A stretch of 64,000 nucleotides of DNA, taken from positions 1,184,001 to 1,248,000 of the forward strand of contig OZ241986.1 in NCBI GenBank assembly GCA_965204375.1, read 5' to 3'. Both the position numbers and the translations under genes were made by a program. Below the pieces are notes generated by a model, which saw nothing but the letters and a program-made list of their open reading frames with translations, made no database searches and was not told the origin of the DNA. Below are positions 48,025-58,017 of the stretch, one piece after another. Each line of letters starts with the position of its first letter. Position 1 is the first letter of the stretch. Source of the stretch: Candidatus Latescibacterota bacterium (GTDB taxonomy: Bacteria; Latescibacterota; UBA2968).

Positions 48025-49709
48025 GCATCTTCAAAGACATCGTCTGCGTCTCGAATGGTGTAGCGATAGCCCTGTTCGGTGAGGAAGGTCTGGCGATTTC
48101 GGGCAAATTCTTGTTCGCGGGTGTCGCGCGTGACGAGGGTGTAAAAATGAGCCTGGCTGCCGTCGGATTTGGGGCGCAAAATGCGTCCGAGGCGCTGGGC
48201 TTCTTCCTGGCGGGATCCATAAGTGCCAGAAGTTTGAATGGCGACACTGGCGTCGGGCAGATCAACGGCAAAGTTGGCGACTTTGGATACGACGAGGATC
48301 TTGATTTTGCCCCTCCGAAATGCTTCGTAGAGGTGGTCGCGGTCTTCGGTCGGGGTTTTGCCCATTATTAACGGGGCGTCGAGTTCTCGTGCAATATATT
48401 CGACCTGGCGGATGTATTGCCCAATAACGAGGATTTGGTCGCCCTTATGTTTTTTGATCAGATGTTTGACCATGTGGATTTTGTCGGCATTTTCCGATGC
48501 AATGCGGAATTTGGCGCGTCTGTCTGCTATGGCATAGCTGAGTCGCTTGCCCTGTGGCAGTGGCAGGCGAATTTCACAGCATTCTGCGGTTGCTATCCAG
48601 CCGCTGGATTCGAGTTCTCGCCAGGGTACGTCGTAGCGCTTGGGGCCAATGAGAGAAAAGACATCGGTTTCGAGGCCATCTTCGCGCACGAGAGTGGCTG
48701 TGAGACCCAGACGCCGCCGGGATTGCAATTCGGCGGTAAAGCGAAATACAGGCGCAGGAAGCAGGTGAACTTCGTCGTAAATAATGAGGCCCCAATTGCC
48801 CTGATTGAAAATGCCGAAGTGAGGGAAGTCCTCCTCCCGGCTCTTGCGATAGGTCAGGATATTGTACGTGGCAATGGTAATGGGCCGAATTTCTTTGCGC
48901 TCGCCGGAATATTCGCCTATCTGGTCGTCGGTGAGGCTCGTTTTGTCGATGAGTTCCGCTTTCCACTGGCGCGACGCCGTGATATTGGTGGTCAGGATCA
49001 GGGTTTCGCACTGGAGGGTATTCATCGCCGCCATGCCCACAATGGTTTTGCCCGCGCCGCAGGGCAAGACTACTGTGCCGCTTCCGCCATCGGGACCTCC
49101 ACCCGCGTGGAATATATCGACTGCTTCGCGCTGATAATCGCGCAATGCAAAGGGATTTCCAGACAGGGCAGTCTGGCGATGTCGAAATTTAAGCGTTCTG
49201 CCTCTGAGGTATCCCGCGCGATCTTTGACCGGGAATCCAATGCGCGTGAGAGCCTGTTTGAGGTGCCCTCGATACAGGGGCAAAATGCGAATGCGATGGG
49301 GGTTGAGTCGCTTTTCAATATAGGGCTGGACGGTTTTGTGGCGGCAGATTTCAAGGATGATCAGGGGATCTTCGGAAGACAGGATGAGCGCGTCGCCTTC
49401 TTTGTCGAGATAGACTTTGCCATAGCGGCTCATTGCCTCGCGAATTTCAACGCCCACATTTTGGGGAATGTCGTATTTGCCATAGGTTTCGAGGGTGGCG
49501 ATGATTTCTTCGGTGGTGACGCCGGCTGCGGCAGCATTCCAGAGCGAGAGGGGATTGACGCGGTACGTGTGTATGTGCTCTGGGCTTTTTTCCAATTCGG
49601 CAAAGCGCACGAGCCGATCTCGCGCCGCTTCGTATCTGGGCGAGTTGACTTCGACGAGAACCGTGAGGTCGCTCTGAATGATGAGGGGGTTTTCGGGATT
49701 GTAGTTCAT
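48021..49709 (-). CDS. XPB/Rad25-like DNA repair helicase
   Basis: PLIIQSD, ELEKSPEHIHTYR, VLPCGAGKT, DEVH, GLTATLVRED, GSRQEEAQRLGRILRPK. Confidence 0.95.
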   Translation of the reverse strand: MNYNPENPLIIQSDLTVLVEVNSPRYEAARDRLVRFAELEKSPEHIHTYRVNPLSLWNAAAAGVTTEEIIATLETYGKYDIPQNVGVEIREAMSRYGKVYLDKEGDALILSSEDPLIILEICRHKTVQPYIEKRLNPHRIRILPLYRGHLKQALTRIGFPVKDRAGYLRGRTLKFRHRQTALSGNPFALRDYQREAVDIFHAGGGPDGGSGTVVLPCGAGKTIVGMAAMNTLQCETLILTTNITASRQWKAELIDKTSLTDDQIGEYSGERKEIRPITIATYNILTYRKSREEDFPHFGIFNQGNWGLIIYDEVHLLPAPVFRFTAELQSRRRLGLTATLVREDGLETDVFSLIGPKRYDVPWRELESSGWIATAECCEIRLPLPQGKRLSYAIADRRAKFRIASENADKIHMVKHLIKKHKGDQILVIGQYIRQVEYIARELDAPLIMGKTPTEDRDHLYEAFRRGKIKILVVSKVANFAVDLPDASVAIQTSGTYGSRQEEAQRLGRILRPKSDGSQAHFYTLVTRDTREQEFARNRQTFLTEQGYRYTIRDADDVFEDA

Positions 49710-49712
49710 ATT

Positions 49713-51401
49713 TTATACGCGCTCTACCGTCACGTAATACGCGCCGGCGAGGCGATTCCCATTCGCGTCTATCCACCAGGTTTGCAAAGTTGCGGGACCG
49801 CTCGACAAATCCACTGTAAATGTTACGGATAGGTCATCGGGGCGCACGTCCATTTCATGTTCAGATCCTCCGATCTGCATCCACGCCCGATCCACAGGCA
49901 GTGCTTTTCCAGCCATCAATGTGCCGTCAACGCCTTCCATCACGGGGGCCGGTGCTGTAATTGCGAGATTCGATTCTCGAGGCCAGCGCCGCAAGGTGAT
50001 GTCGTATTTTCCGGATTGTGTAACTGCGAGTTGCCAGATACCGCTGTCCATCACACATCCGCGCACACCCCCGGGATTATCGCAATAGACCCCCATCCAA
50101 TCGCAACTGGACAATCGCGTGGAAATTTCCTCCTCTGTCCCAATGGAAATGGGGAAGTAAATATCGAGGTTTTTGCCAAGCGCATCCCACCACGCATCGT
50201 AATGCGCCCGCATCTTTTGCACGACATCGGGATGCTGGTCGGCGATGTTGTGTTCTTGCGCGGGATCGCTGTCGAGGTGATACAGTTCGGTATAATCCAC
50301 GAGACGCCAGCGATTCCATAAAACTGCGGCGTTGCCTTTGCGCGTGGTTCGATTCCCCGTTGGGACATTGTGGCCGTATTGTACGACGAGCATCCGGTCT
50401 TCCAATTCTTCGCGTTCGCGCAAGAGGCCAGTTAGAGAAACGCCATCACAGGCAGTTCCCTCTGGTTCGTCGAGATCGCAGAGGGAGATCAAGGTTGGCA
50501 ACACATCTGTACCGTGCGTGGGATCGGGTATATCGCGGGGGTCTCCCAATTGTCCTTCGGGCCAGCGAATAAAAAACGGAACGCGGTGACCGCCTTCATA
50601 GAGCGTGGTCTTTTTCCCGCGCATGCCGGCGTTGTACACGGTTTCTCCGTTTGCCGTCCCGTTATCAGTCATAAAAACCAAAATGGTATTGTCGCGCAAT
50701 CCGCTTTTGCGGAGAAATGCGTCGAGTTTACCCATGTTTTCGTCGATATTGGCAATCATACCGTAAAAACTGGCGACATTATATGCGACCTGGTCGAGAT
50801 AGGGTTGGCGGTATGCGTCGGGGACCCACAGCGGGGTATGGGGTGCGTTGGTGGCGATATACGCAAAAAACGGCGCGTCGCCCTGTTTCTCGATCCAGTC
50901 CATGGCTTCGTCAAACCACACATCTGTGCAATACCCTTCAAAAGTCTCAATTGTTCCATTGTGCCGATAGTGGTCGTCAAAATAATCATTCCCAAAATAA
51001 TCTGCAGCAGATGTAATGCCCCAGGCGGGATGGTGAATCGTTTCCTGAAATCCCCGATCCTGTGGGCGGTAGGGATAATTGTCGCCGAGGTGCCATTTGC
51101 CAAAATGCCCCGTGCGGTAGCCATTCATGCCGAAAATATCCGCCAGAGTCGGCAATTCGGGATTCATCAGCGACCGTCCCATGCATACAAATGTGGCGCC
51201 ATTGCGGAGTGCGTCCTGGCCTGTCAACAATTCGCCGCGCGTTGGCGTACACATGGGCGCGACGTGGAAATCCGTGAACCGAATGCTCTCGCCGTGTAAC
51301 GCGTCTAAATTCGGTGTTTTAAGGATCGGATTGCCGTGGCAAGAGAGATCGCCATAGCCCTGATCATCGGTCAAAACAAAAATCACATTGGGTTTGTCCA
51401 T
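49713..51401 (-). CDS. Arylsulfatase-family sulfatase
   Basis: PNVIFVLTDDQGYGD, CTPTR, GKWHLG, TDNG, YEGGHRVP. Confidence 0.93.
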   Translation of the reverse strand: MDKPNVIFVLTDDQGYGDLSCHGNPILKTPNLDALHGESIRFTDFHVAPMCTPTRGELLTGQDALRNGATFVCMGRSLMNPELPTLADIFGMNGYRTGHFGKWHLGDNYPYRPQDRGFQETIHHPAWGITSAADYFGNDYFDDHYRHNGTIETFEGYCTDVWFDEAMDWIEKQGDAPFFAYIATNAPHTPLWVPDAYRQPYLDQVAYNVASFYGMIANIDENMGKLDAFLRKSGLRDNTILVFMTDNGTANGETVYNAGMRGKKTTLYEGGHRVPFFIRWPEGQLGDPRDIPDPTHGTDVLPTLISLCDLDEPEGTACDGVSLTGLLREREELEDRMLVVQYGHNVPTGNRTTRKGNAAVLWNRWRLVDYTELYHLDSDPAQEHNIADQHPDVVQKMRAHYDAWWDALGKNLDIYFPISIGTEEEISTRLSSCDWMGVYCDNPGGVRGCVMDSGIWQLAVTQSGKYDITLRRWPRESNLAITAPAPVMEGVDGTLMAGKALPVDRAWMQIGGSEHEMDVRPDDLSVTFTVDLSSGPATLQTWWIDANGNRLAGAYYVTVERV

Positions 51402-51417
51402 ATCCTCTCCGGAAATA

Positions 51418-52431
51418 TTATTTGTCTTGAAAAAACGCGCGGTGAATGGTGAAAGATTTGGCGACGAGATCTACCCGTCTCAAAATGGGAGCCTTTTTTT
51501 TGTTGGGCGAGTAAAGTCCTATGTCGATAAAAAATAGCCGGTTGAGATCGACATCGACAAAAGCATAACTTTTAAAGGGGCCGCCTTTCCACTCGGCTTC
51601 GTTTTCCCAAAGACCCTGAAGTACTACAGCGAGTTTGCCCGCAAATTCGACCTGTCCAACGGTAACTTCGCCGTGGACAATGCGGTCGCCGCCAAACCAC
51701 CTTCCCATGATGTCGTCACGCTTTTGGATAACCCAGTCTTCGGTGAGTTGATCGGGGTGTACATCGTCTTCCCAATAGACGGAAAGCCAGCGGTTGGGAT
51801 TATCTCTGGCAAGCACGACAAAGTTGGGATAGGTTTCGAGGATGCGATAGCCAAAAGGCACGCGCACATTCCAACCATAGGTCTCGGCGAGTTCCTGGGT
51901 GACATCTTTGCGTTCGCCAAAGCTGTAAACATTTTCTCGCACACTGTGATCAACGGCATTTTCCAGAGTGCTATACAAACGATCGGATTCCATAAAGAGG
52001 TTTTCAACGGTGGTGTCTATATCTTTTCCCGATACGATATAAAGGGTTTGATCTTTGGCCCACACATCCTTTTTCCAGGTTACACCTGCGCGACCAGCCA
52101 AAATGGTTTGTTGCACCTCGGGACTGAGTATTTCTTTGACGAATTGCGCGGTGGGATGGTTGGCATTGAGAGGCGCGATAGCCATGAGGCTTTTGCGCTG
52201 TTCGTGTTTGTGCGCTTTGAGGAAATTGACATCGCCCCATGCAATTTCATAAATGCGCTCGGCCTGAGGCGTATAGATAACGGTTTCAAAAATTTCGCGG
52301 AGGGGATCTTCCAGCGTTTGCCAATCGGTAGAGTCGGCCAGTACGATGATTTTGCGGGCGGGACCGAGGGACTCGGGCAAGTGGTTGCCACATCCGACGC
52401 ACAAGAGCAGGAAAAATAGAAGAAGGCGCAT
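51418..52431 (-). CDS. DUF4837-like lipoprotein
   Basis: MRLLLFFLLLCVGC lipobox, YTPQAE, DVWAKDQ, GLWEN...GGPFKSY. Confidence 0.7.
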   Translation of the reverse strand: MRLLLFFLLLCVGCGNHLPESLGPARKIIVLADSTDWQTLEDPLREIFETVIYTPQAERIYEIAWGDVNFLKAHKHEQRKSLMAIAPLNANHPTAQFVKEILSPEVQQTILAGRAGVTWKKDVWAKDQTLYIVSGKDIDTTVENLFMESDRLYSTLENAVDHSVRENVYSFGERKDVTQELAETYGWNVRVPFGYRILETYPNFVVLARDNPNRWLSVYWEDDVHPDQLTEDWVIQKRDDIMGRWFGGDRIVHGEVTVGQVEFAGKLAVVLQGLWENEAEWKGGPFKSYAFVDVDLNRLFFIDIGLYSPNKKKAPILRRVDLVAKSFTIHRAFFQDK

Positions 52432-52508
52432 AAAACGGTACCCAGTAGAAAGGGGAACGAGAAAAGATAAAGATAATAGGATTTGGAGACAGAAACAATG
52501 TTCAAATT

Positions 52509-53624
52509 TTACAAAATATAGTGCCGTGGAAGACGCGTGCCGAGCAGGGAGACAACTTCGTGTGAGATATAATTTCCCCACTGGGCGAGGTCGTTCACGG
52601 TGATTTTGCGGTCGCCCTGTTGCCCGAGCAGTACGATTTCCTCGCCGACAGAAATGGGCGGTATATCGGTGACATCGATCATGATGACGTCCATGCAGAT
52701 CTCGCCGACAACCGGGCAAGGTTTTCCGCAGATGAGGACGTGGGATTTATTGGACATACGCCGATTGTACCCATCGGCATATCCCAGGGGCGCGAGGGCG
52801 ATGCGAGAGGGGCGCGTGAGGGTGTATGTGCCGCCGTAGCTGAGGGTTTGGCCGGCAGAAAAATTTCGCACTTGTATGATCCGCGCTTTGATGGATAGTG
52901 CAGGAGAAAGCGAGAGCGAGCCTGCACCTTGCGTCGGGGGAATGCCATAGGTGAGCAATCCCACGCGCACGAGGTCAAAATGCGATTCGGGCATGTGAAC
53001 GGTCATGACGCTGTTGGCGGCGTGACGCCAGGGAACAGAAATATCTGTGAGTTTAGACAGGCAGGCGGCAAATGTTTTGATCTGATGGCGCGCCTTGTCC
53101 ATGTCTTCTGCGCGTTCCCAGGCCACATGTGTTGCGATACCTTCGAGGAATAAGTGGGGATTCTGGGTAATTTTTTTTGCAAAGGCGCGCACCTCATCGG
53201 ATAATAGGCCAAGGCGGCCCATGCCGGTATCGACTTTGAGATGTATGCGGGCGCGTGTATTGTGGCGTTTGGCTGCGGCTTCCAGCGGTGGTATCGCGTC
53301 GGGATGACCGATGGTTTGAGACAGGTTGTGGGCAACGATGCTGTCGGCCTGTTCGGGCATTGTGGGTGCGAGGACGACAACGGGTGCTGTGATGCCCGCG
53401 CTGCGAAGGGCAACGCCTTCTTGCAGCAGGGCAACCCCGAGTGCAGACGCGCCGCCTTTGATGGCTGCTCTGGAAGCAGGTATGAGGCCATGGCCGTAGG
53501 CATTGGCTTTGACAATGGCCATGACCTGCGTTGTTGGCGAGATGAACTGACGGACTGCGGAAATATTTTTCGCAATGGCTGATAGATTTACTTCGAGCCA
53601 TGCGGGGCGATTGGGTTGGGGCAT
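52509..53624 (-). CDS. alr: Alanine racemase
   Basis: MAIVKANAYGHG, HLKVDTGMGRLG, SYG, GYADG, CMD. Confidence 0.93.
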   Translation of the reverse strand: MPQPNRPAWLEVNLSAIAKNISAVRQFISPTTQVMAIVKANAYGHGLIPASRAAIKGGASALGVALLQEGVALRSAGITAPVVVLAPTMPEQADSIVAHNLSQTIGHPDAIPPLEAAAKRHNTRARIHLKVDTGMGRLGLLSDEVRAFAKKITQNPHLFLEGIATHVAWERAEDMDKARHQIKTFAACLSKLTDISVPWRHAANSVMTVHMPESHFDLVRVGLLTYGIPPTQGAGSLSLSPALSIKARIIQVRNFSAGQTLSYGGTYTLTRPSRIALAPLGYADGYNRRMSNKSHVLICGKPCPVVGEICMDVIMIDVTDIPPISVGEEIVLLGQQGDRKITVNDLAQWGNYISHEVVSLLGTRLPRHYIL

Positions 53625-56600
53625 TTAGTAGAGTACCTCAAAACGCGATCCCAGATCGGGATATTTGGTGACTTCGATGCGCACGGGAAATGCCTGTTTG
53701 AGCGATTCGACGTGGGTAATAATCAATATTTTTTCAAAATCCCCGCTGATGGCCTGGATGGCTTCCACGAGGTGATCGAGTCCTTCGGCATCCTGAGTGC
53801 CAAAGCCCTCGTCGATGACCAGGGTTCTCAGGCGCGTGCCTGTGCGCCGAGATAGGAGTTTAGACAGGGCAATGCGAATAGAAAAGTCAATGCGAAAAGC
53901 TTCCCCGCCCGAATAGAGTTCGTAGCTGCGTTCGCCGAGTTCGTCGCTAATTTTAATATCGAGGGTTTCGCGCGTTCCCCCGGTTTTGAGGTCGCGCAGA
54001 GATTCCAGGGCGATTTGAGTGCGGTTGTCCGTCAGGCGCGCGAGAATGCGATTGGCTTCTTCTTCAATTTCTGGAATGGCCTGTTCGATGATGAGTGCCT
54101 GAATGCCGTCTTTGCCAAATGCGGTGGTCAGTTCGCGGTAGATGCGGATATCGTGTTCGCAGGATTTGATTTTTTCCTCGACGGCGGTTTGTTCTGCGCT
54201 GAGTGCATCGCAGTGTTCAATTTGGGATTGCAGGGCGGCATTTTGCTGGAGCAGGTTGTCGCGCTGGGCGCGCATCTGTGCAATATTCTTTTCCAGAGTA
54301 TTGGCTTCTACAAGGGTTGATTCGGCACTGTTGATGGCTGCGACGATTTCTGTCAGGCGTTGTCGCGCTTGCTCGTTGTGCTCTGTGAGTTCTGTGAGGC
54401 GATTTTTTGCAGTGTTGAGTTGCGTTTGTGCATTTTCAAGGTCGCGTTCGGCCACTTGAAGGCGTTCGTATTGCGCGGGAGCATCTTGCAGGGCGGCGAG
54501 TTGCTGAGAGATGCGCTGGTGGTGTTCGGCATTGTAATTCAGAGTGCGGATGCGCTGGTGTACCTGTTCGCGTTCTGCTTGTTCATTGGGTGCGTATTTG
54601 GCCTCGTCCAGCCATTGTTGTGCGAGGTCGCGTTTTTCTCGAAATTCGGGCAGTTCTGCGAGGGCTTTTCCACGCTGTTCTGAGGCGAGTTGAAGTTGGG
54701 CATTTTGTGCCTCGACAGAGTCGAGTGCTTTGAGTTTTTCGCGCAGGGTGCGGTGTTCTGCCGGATTATAGGTGAAGTTTTCAAGCGCACTGCGGGCTTG
54801 GGATAGCGCGCGCGCGTCCGGGCTGTTCTGGGTTTGTTCGCGCAATTGAGTTTTCAGGGTGTTGATTTCAGCCGACAATGTCTCGCGGGTTTGCACGGCA
54901 TTTTCGGCTTCTTTTAGTGCGGCTTCGGCTTCGGCGAGGCGTTGGGCGATGCCTTCGCGCTGTGCGAGCTGGTTTTTAATCTCTTGATAGCGATGTCTGT
55001 GCTGTTCGCGTTCTGCTTCGGCTTTTTGAATATCTGATTCCAATTGTGTGATCTGCGTCTGTTGTTCTCGCAACTGCTTTGAGAGCTTTGTTCCTACTTC
55101 TTCGCGGTGGGTCTGGTCGAGTTCACTGCCGCACAGAGGACATGAAGCATCCCGAACATTTTGCAAGACTTGCTGCTGTTGGTCAATGTCTTCTCGGGTT
55201 TGGTGCAGGGTGTTGAGGCGTTCGTCGTTGTTTTCAATCTGAATTTTGAGGGTGCTGCCTCTGTTGCGAATCTCATCGCGTTTGGCTTCGAGAGATTGGA
55301 TTTCTTCGGCTTGCACGCGGAAGGATTGCCGCGTTTCTCGGCGCGTTTCAATGTCGGCCACCAGCACATCGGTTTGCTGTTTGTGATGTATGTGGGTGTT
55401 GATCTCTACTTTTATATTTTCAATCGCACTGTCTATTTGTCGCTCGAGGTCCCGGATATTGCGCTCAACGCGCTCCCGGTTTTCGCGCATCTCTTCCCAT
55501 TCGCGGTCCTGTTGCCTGGCTTTGTGCAATGCTTCGAGTTGTGTTTGAATGGTTTGGCGGTCGGAGAGAAGAGCTTCTGTTTCCCGCAATATGCGTTCTG
55601 AATCTCCAATGCGTATTTGCCATTCGCCAAGGCGGCGTTCCACTTCGTGACGCTGGTCGGCGATTTTTTGATCGAGTTCTCCTGCGCGTTTCTCAAGTGG
55701 CCTCAGCGTGTGTAGTTTTGTTTGCAGGTCTGCGTCTTCTTTTTGGAGTGCCCGATATTTTTCGGTGGCATTTGTGATTTCGGCGCGTCTGTCGAGGATT
55801 TCGCGATAGGCTGCCACGCCTTGTTGCGCTTTTTTACGCGCGGTTTGTTGTTCCTTCAAGTCCGATTCGATGCGCGATATTTCTTTTTGGAGTGCCTCGC
55901 GTTCGGCTTCATGACGTTCGCGTTGGGTGCGTATCTTTCTCAGTGCTTCGCGGCGATTTTCCGCGTTTTCCAATTCGCTATTGCAGGCCTGGAGTTGTGC
56001 GTTGACGCTATCGCGCTGTGCGACAAATTCATCGCGTTTTTCAATGGTCTGCGCGATGTCATCTCTTTTTGCGCGAGCGGTTGCAAGTTCTATATCTCCC
56101 TCGCGTGCGTGTTCTCGCGCCAGAGAAGACAGGTCGTCGTAATGCGATAGGCCGAGAATATCTGAGAGAAGGGCTTTTCGCTGGCTCGCTTTGCAGCGCG
56201 TAAATTCGTCTGCGCGACCCTGAAGGAGAAAGGCCGAGTTGATAAAGGTTTCATAAGTCATTCTCAACAGGGTGTCAATACTGGCCTGTGTTTGGCGCAC
56301 AGCACTTTCTTCCGAGAGGGTTTTGTATGCGTTTGTTTCTGGCGAGTAAATCTGAAATTCGAGGCGGGTGGTCGCGCTTTTGCGGGTTTTGCGAAAGCTG
56401 CGGCTGATGCGATAGCGGTCATTTTCGAGGAAAAATTCAAAATCGACCCGCATTTCAGTGGTGCCAATCCGCAGCAGGCCGTCGTTGGGACGGCGTTCAC
56501 TGCCAGATTTGCGGGCTTCTCCCCACAGTGCCCAGGTGATGGCATCGAGCAGGGCGGATTTGCCGTGCCCATTGCGACCGGATATGCAGGCGACGTGAAA

Positions 56601-56675
56601 GCCCGAAAAGTCGAGGGGGGGCACGTTTTCGCCGTAGCTGAGAAAGTTCTGCAGGGAAAGGCTTATGGGAATCAT
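53625..56675 (-). CDS. sbcC: SbcC/Rad50 SMC-like ATPase
   Basis: GRNGHGKS, coiled coils, CPLCG zinc hook, YSGGE, IDEGFG. Confidence 0.94.
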   Translation of the reverse strand: MIPISLSLQNFLSYGENVPPLDFSGFHVACISGRNGHGKSALLDAITWALWGEARKSGSERRPNDGLLRIGTTEMRVDFEFFLENDRYRISRSFRKTRKSATTRLEFQIYSPETNAYKTLSEESAVRQTQASIDTLLRMTYETFINSAFLLQGRADEFTRCKASQRKALLSDILGLSHYDDLSSLAREHAREGDIELATARAKRDDIAQTIEKRDEFVAQRDSVNAQLQACNSELENAENRREALRKIRTQRERHEAEREALQKEISRIESDLKEQQTARKKAQQGVAAYREILDRRAEITNATEKYRALQKEDADLQTKLHTLRPLEKRAGELDQKIADQRHEVERRLGEWQIRIGDSERILRETEALLSDRQTIQTQLEALHKARQQDREWEEMRENRERVERNIRDLERQIDSAIENIKVEINTHIHHKQQTDVLVADIETRRETRQSFRVQAEEIQSLEAKRDEIRNRGSTLKIQIENNDERLNTLHQTREDIDQQQQVLQNVRDASCPLCGSELDQTHREEVGTKLSKQLREQQTQITQLESDIQKAEAEREQHRHRYQEIKNQLAQREGIAQRLAEAEAALKEAENAVQTRETLSAEINTLKTQLREQTQNSPDARALSQARSALENFTYNPAEHRTLREKLKALDSVEAQNAQLQLASEQRGKALAELPEFREKRDLAQQWLDEAKYAPNEQAEREQVHQRIRTLNYNAEHHQRISQQLAALQDAPAQYERLQVAERDLENAQTQLNTAKNRLTELTEHNEQARQRLTEIVAAINSAESTLVEANTLEKNIAQMRAQRDNLLQQNAALQSQIEHCDALSAEQTAVEEKIKSCEHDIRIYRELTTAFGKDGIQALIIEQAIPEIEEEANRILARLTDNRTQIALESLRDLKTGGTRETLDIKISDELGERSYELYSGGEAFRIDFSIRIALSKLLSRRTGTRLRTLVIDEGFGTQDAEGLDHLVEAIQAISGDFEKILIITHVESLKQAFPVRIEVTKYPDLGSRFEVLY

Positions 56676-57913
56676 TCGCTACCTCTGAGTTCTGCTTCGA
56701 GTTGCGCGCCGTAATTCTGAAGGTCTTTTTCGATGTCTTTGAGGTCGGGGTGATTTTGCAAATATGCGTGGAGCGCGTCTTTTATGCCCATATCTTCTGA
56801 AATATTGGCTCTGCGCTGGTGTTTTTGTGCCCTGGGTTTGGGCGCAATGCTGGCGATCATGAACGCGTCTTTGAGCGCGTTTTTGACGGCTTTGAGGTCA
56901 ACGGTGTCTGTGCGTTCACCGGGCAAATCGTAGATGACGCGCACAATGGCATCGGTCAGGATGTGTTTGTCGATGGCTTCGAGTATGGCTGTTGTAGGGT
57001 CCTGATCTGGGTCGATATCAACCGATACCGTGCAAAATGGGCGAGCCGGCGTGCTTACAAATTTGTAAGATGTCGTCCGCCCTGTTTCCTGAGTCTCTAT
57101 TGTAACCAGGACGACGCCTTTGGTTTCTCGCTCTTCGCCAAAATCAATGCGTTCAATGCTGCCGGAATACACGACCGGGGGCTGGGCATTGGGGTTGAGG
57201 TCCTGAAATTTGTGGATATGACCCAGGGCGACGTAGTCAAAGGCGGGATTGGCGAGTGTGCTGGTGAGAAAAACGGGATCGCGTCCAATTATTGCGGTTT
57301 GTTCAGATCCGGACAAGGTGGCGTCAGCAGCAGCGAGGTGGCCCGCGAGAACGGCGGGGATATCGGGCTTGATCTGTGTGACCAGGTTTTCAATCAGGAG
57401 GGCACCCAGGTCTTGAAGTTTTTCGACGACTTCTTCTTGCGACAGGTTGTGATAAGGCCCCTGGGTCAACAGGCGGCTGCGGTGTAGCCAGGGTAAGCAA
57501 GCAACTTGAACAGGTCCAGATTTTGTGTCAATGGGGATGAGGCGGTCTTCAGAGGCAATATAGACGCCTCTGGTGCCCAGTGTGCCAAAGATGTCAACAG
57601 ATGAGGCTTTGCCATAAGATACGGGGCTGTCGTGATTGCCCGTGATCATGACAATAGGAATTTCGCGGGCGCTGAGCATGTGAATGAGGGATGCAAATTC
57701 GCGCTGGTGTGTAGGCGTGGGGTCGCATGAGCGATAGGCGTCACCGGCAAAGATGACGAGATCGACCTCTTCTCTTATGGCTTCTTCAAACGCAAATCGA
57801 AGACTTTTGATAAAGTCTTGCAAGCGCGTGTGAAGACCCGTACCTGAATCGAGGCGGCCGTAGTTTTCAACGCCAATATGGGTGTCGGCAACGTGTAGAA
57901 ATTTGATGGACAT
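56672..57913 (-). CDS. sbcD: SbcD/Mre11 nuclease
   Basis: ADTH, AGD, GNHD, YVALGHIH, YSGSIERIDFGE; ATGA overlap with sbcC. Confidence 0.94.
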   Translation of the reverse strand: MSIKFLHVADTHIGVENYGRLDSGTGLHTRLQDFIKSLRFAFEEAIREEVDLVIFAGDAYRSCDPTPTHQREFASLIHMLSAREIPIVMITGNHDSPVSYGKASSVDIFGTLGTRGVYIASEDRLIPIDTKSGPVQVACLPWLHRSRLLTQGPYHNLSQEEVVEKLQDLGALLIENLVTQIKPDIPAVLAGHLAAADATLSGSEQTAIIGRDPVFLTSTLANPAFDYVALGHIHKFQDLNPNAQPPVVYSGSIERIDFGEERETKGVVLVTIETQETGRTTSYKFVSTPARPFCTVSVDIDPDQDPTTAILEAIDKHILTDAIVRVIYDLPGERTDTVDLKAVKNALKDAFMIASIAPKPRAQKHQRRANISEDMGIKDALHAYLQNHPDLKDIEKDLQNYGAQLEAELRGSE

Positions 57914-58017
57914 AATAAGAGCGGTTATTATGGGGAGGGAGAGGATAGGGGAAATTTAAAGAAGAAATAAGAACGTGGAAAGAGCAAAGTTGCACACAGC
58001 ACAGGCGCGGGCTTCTC

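Noticed and set aside
48417-49832. 471-aa antisense ORF over XPB (also 15252-16085, 1579-2418, 50514-51299)
   Set aside because: Antisense shadows of genes with clear family motifs
52432-52719. N-terminal extension of the DUF4837-like ORF
   Set aside because: Overlaps alr; the lipoprotein signal begins at 52431
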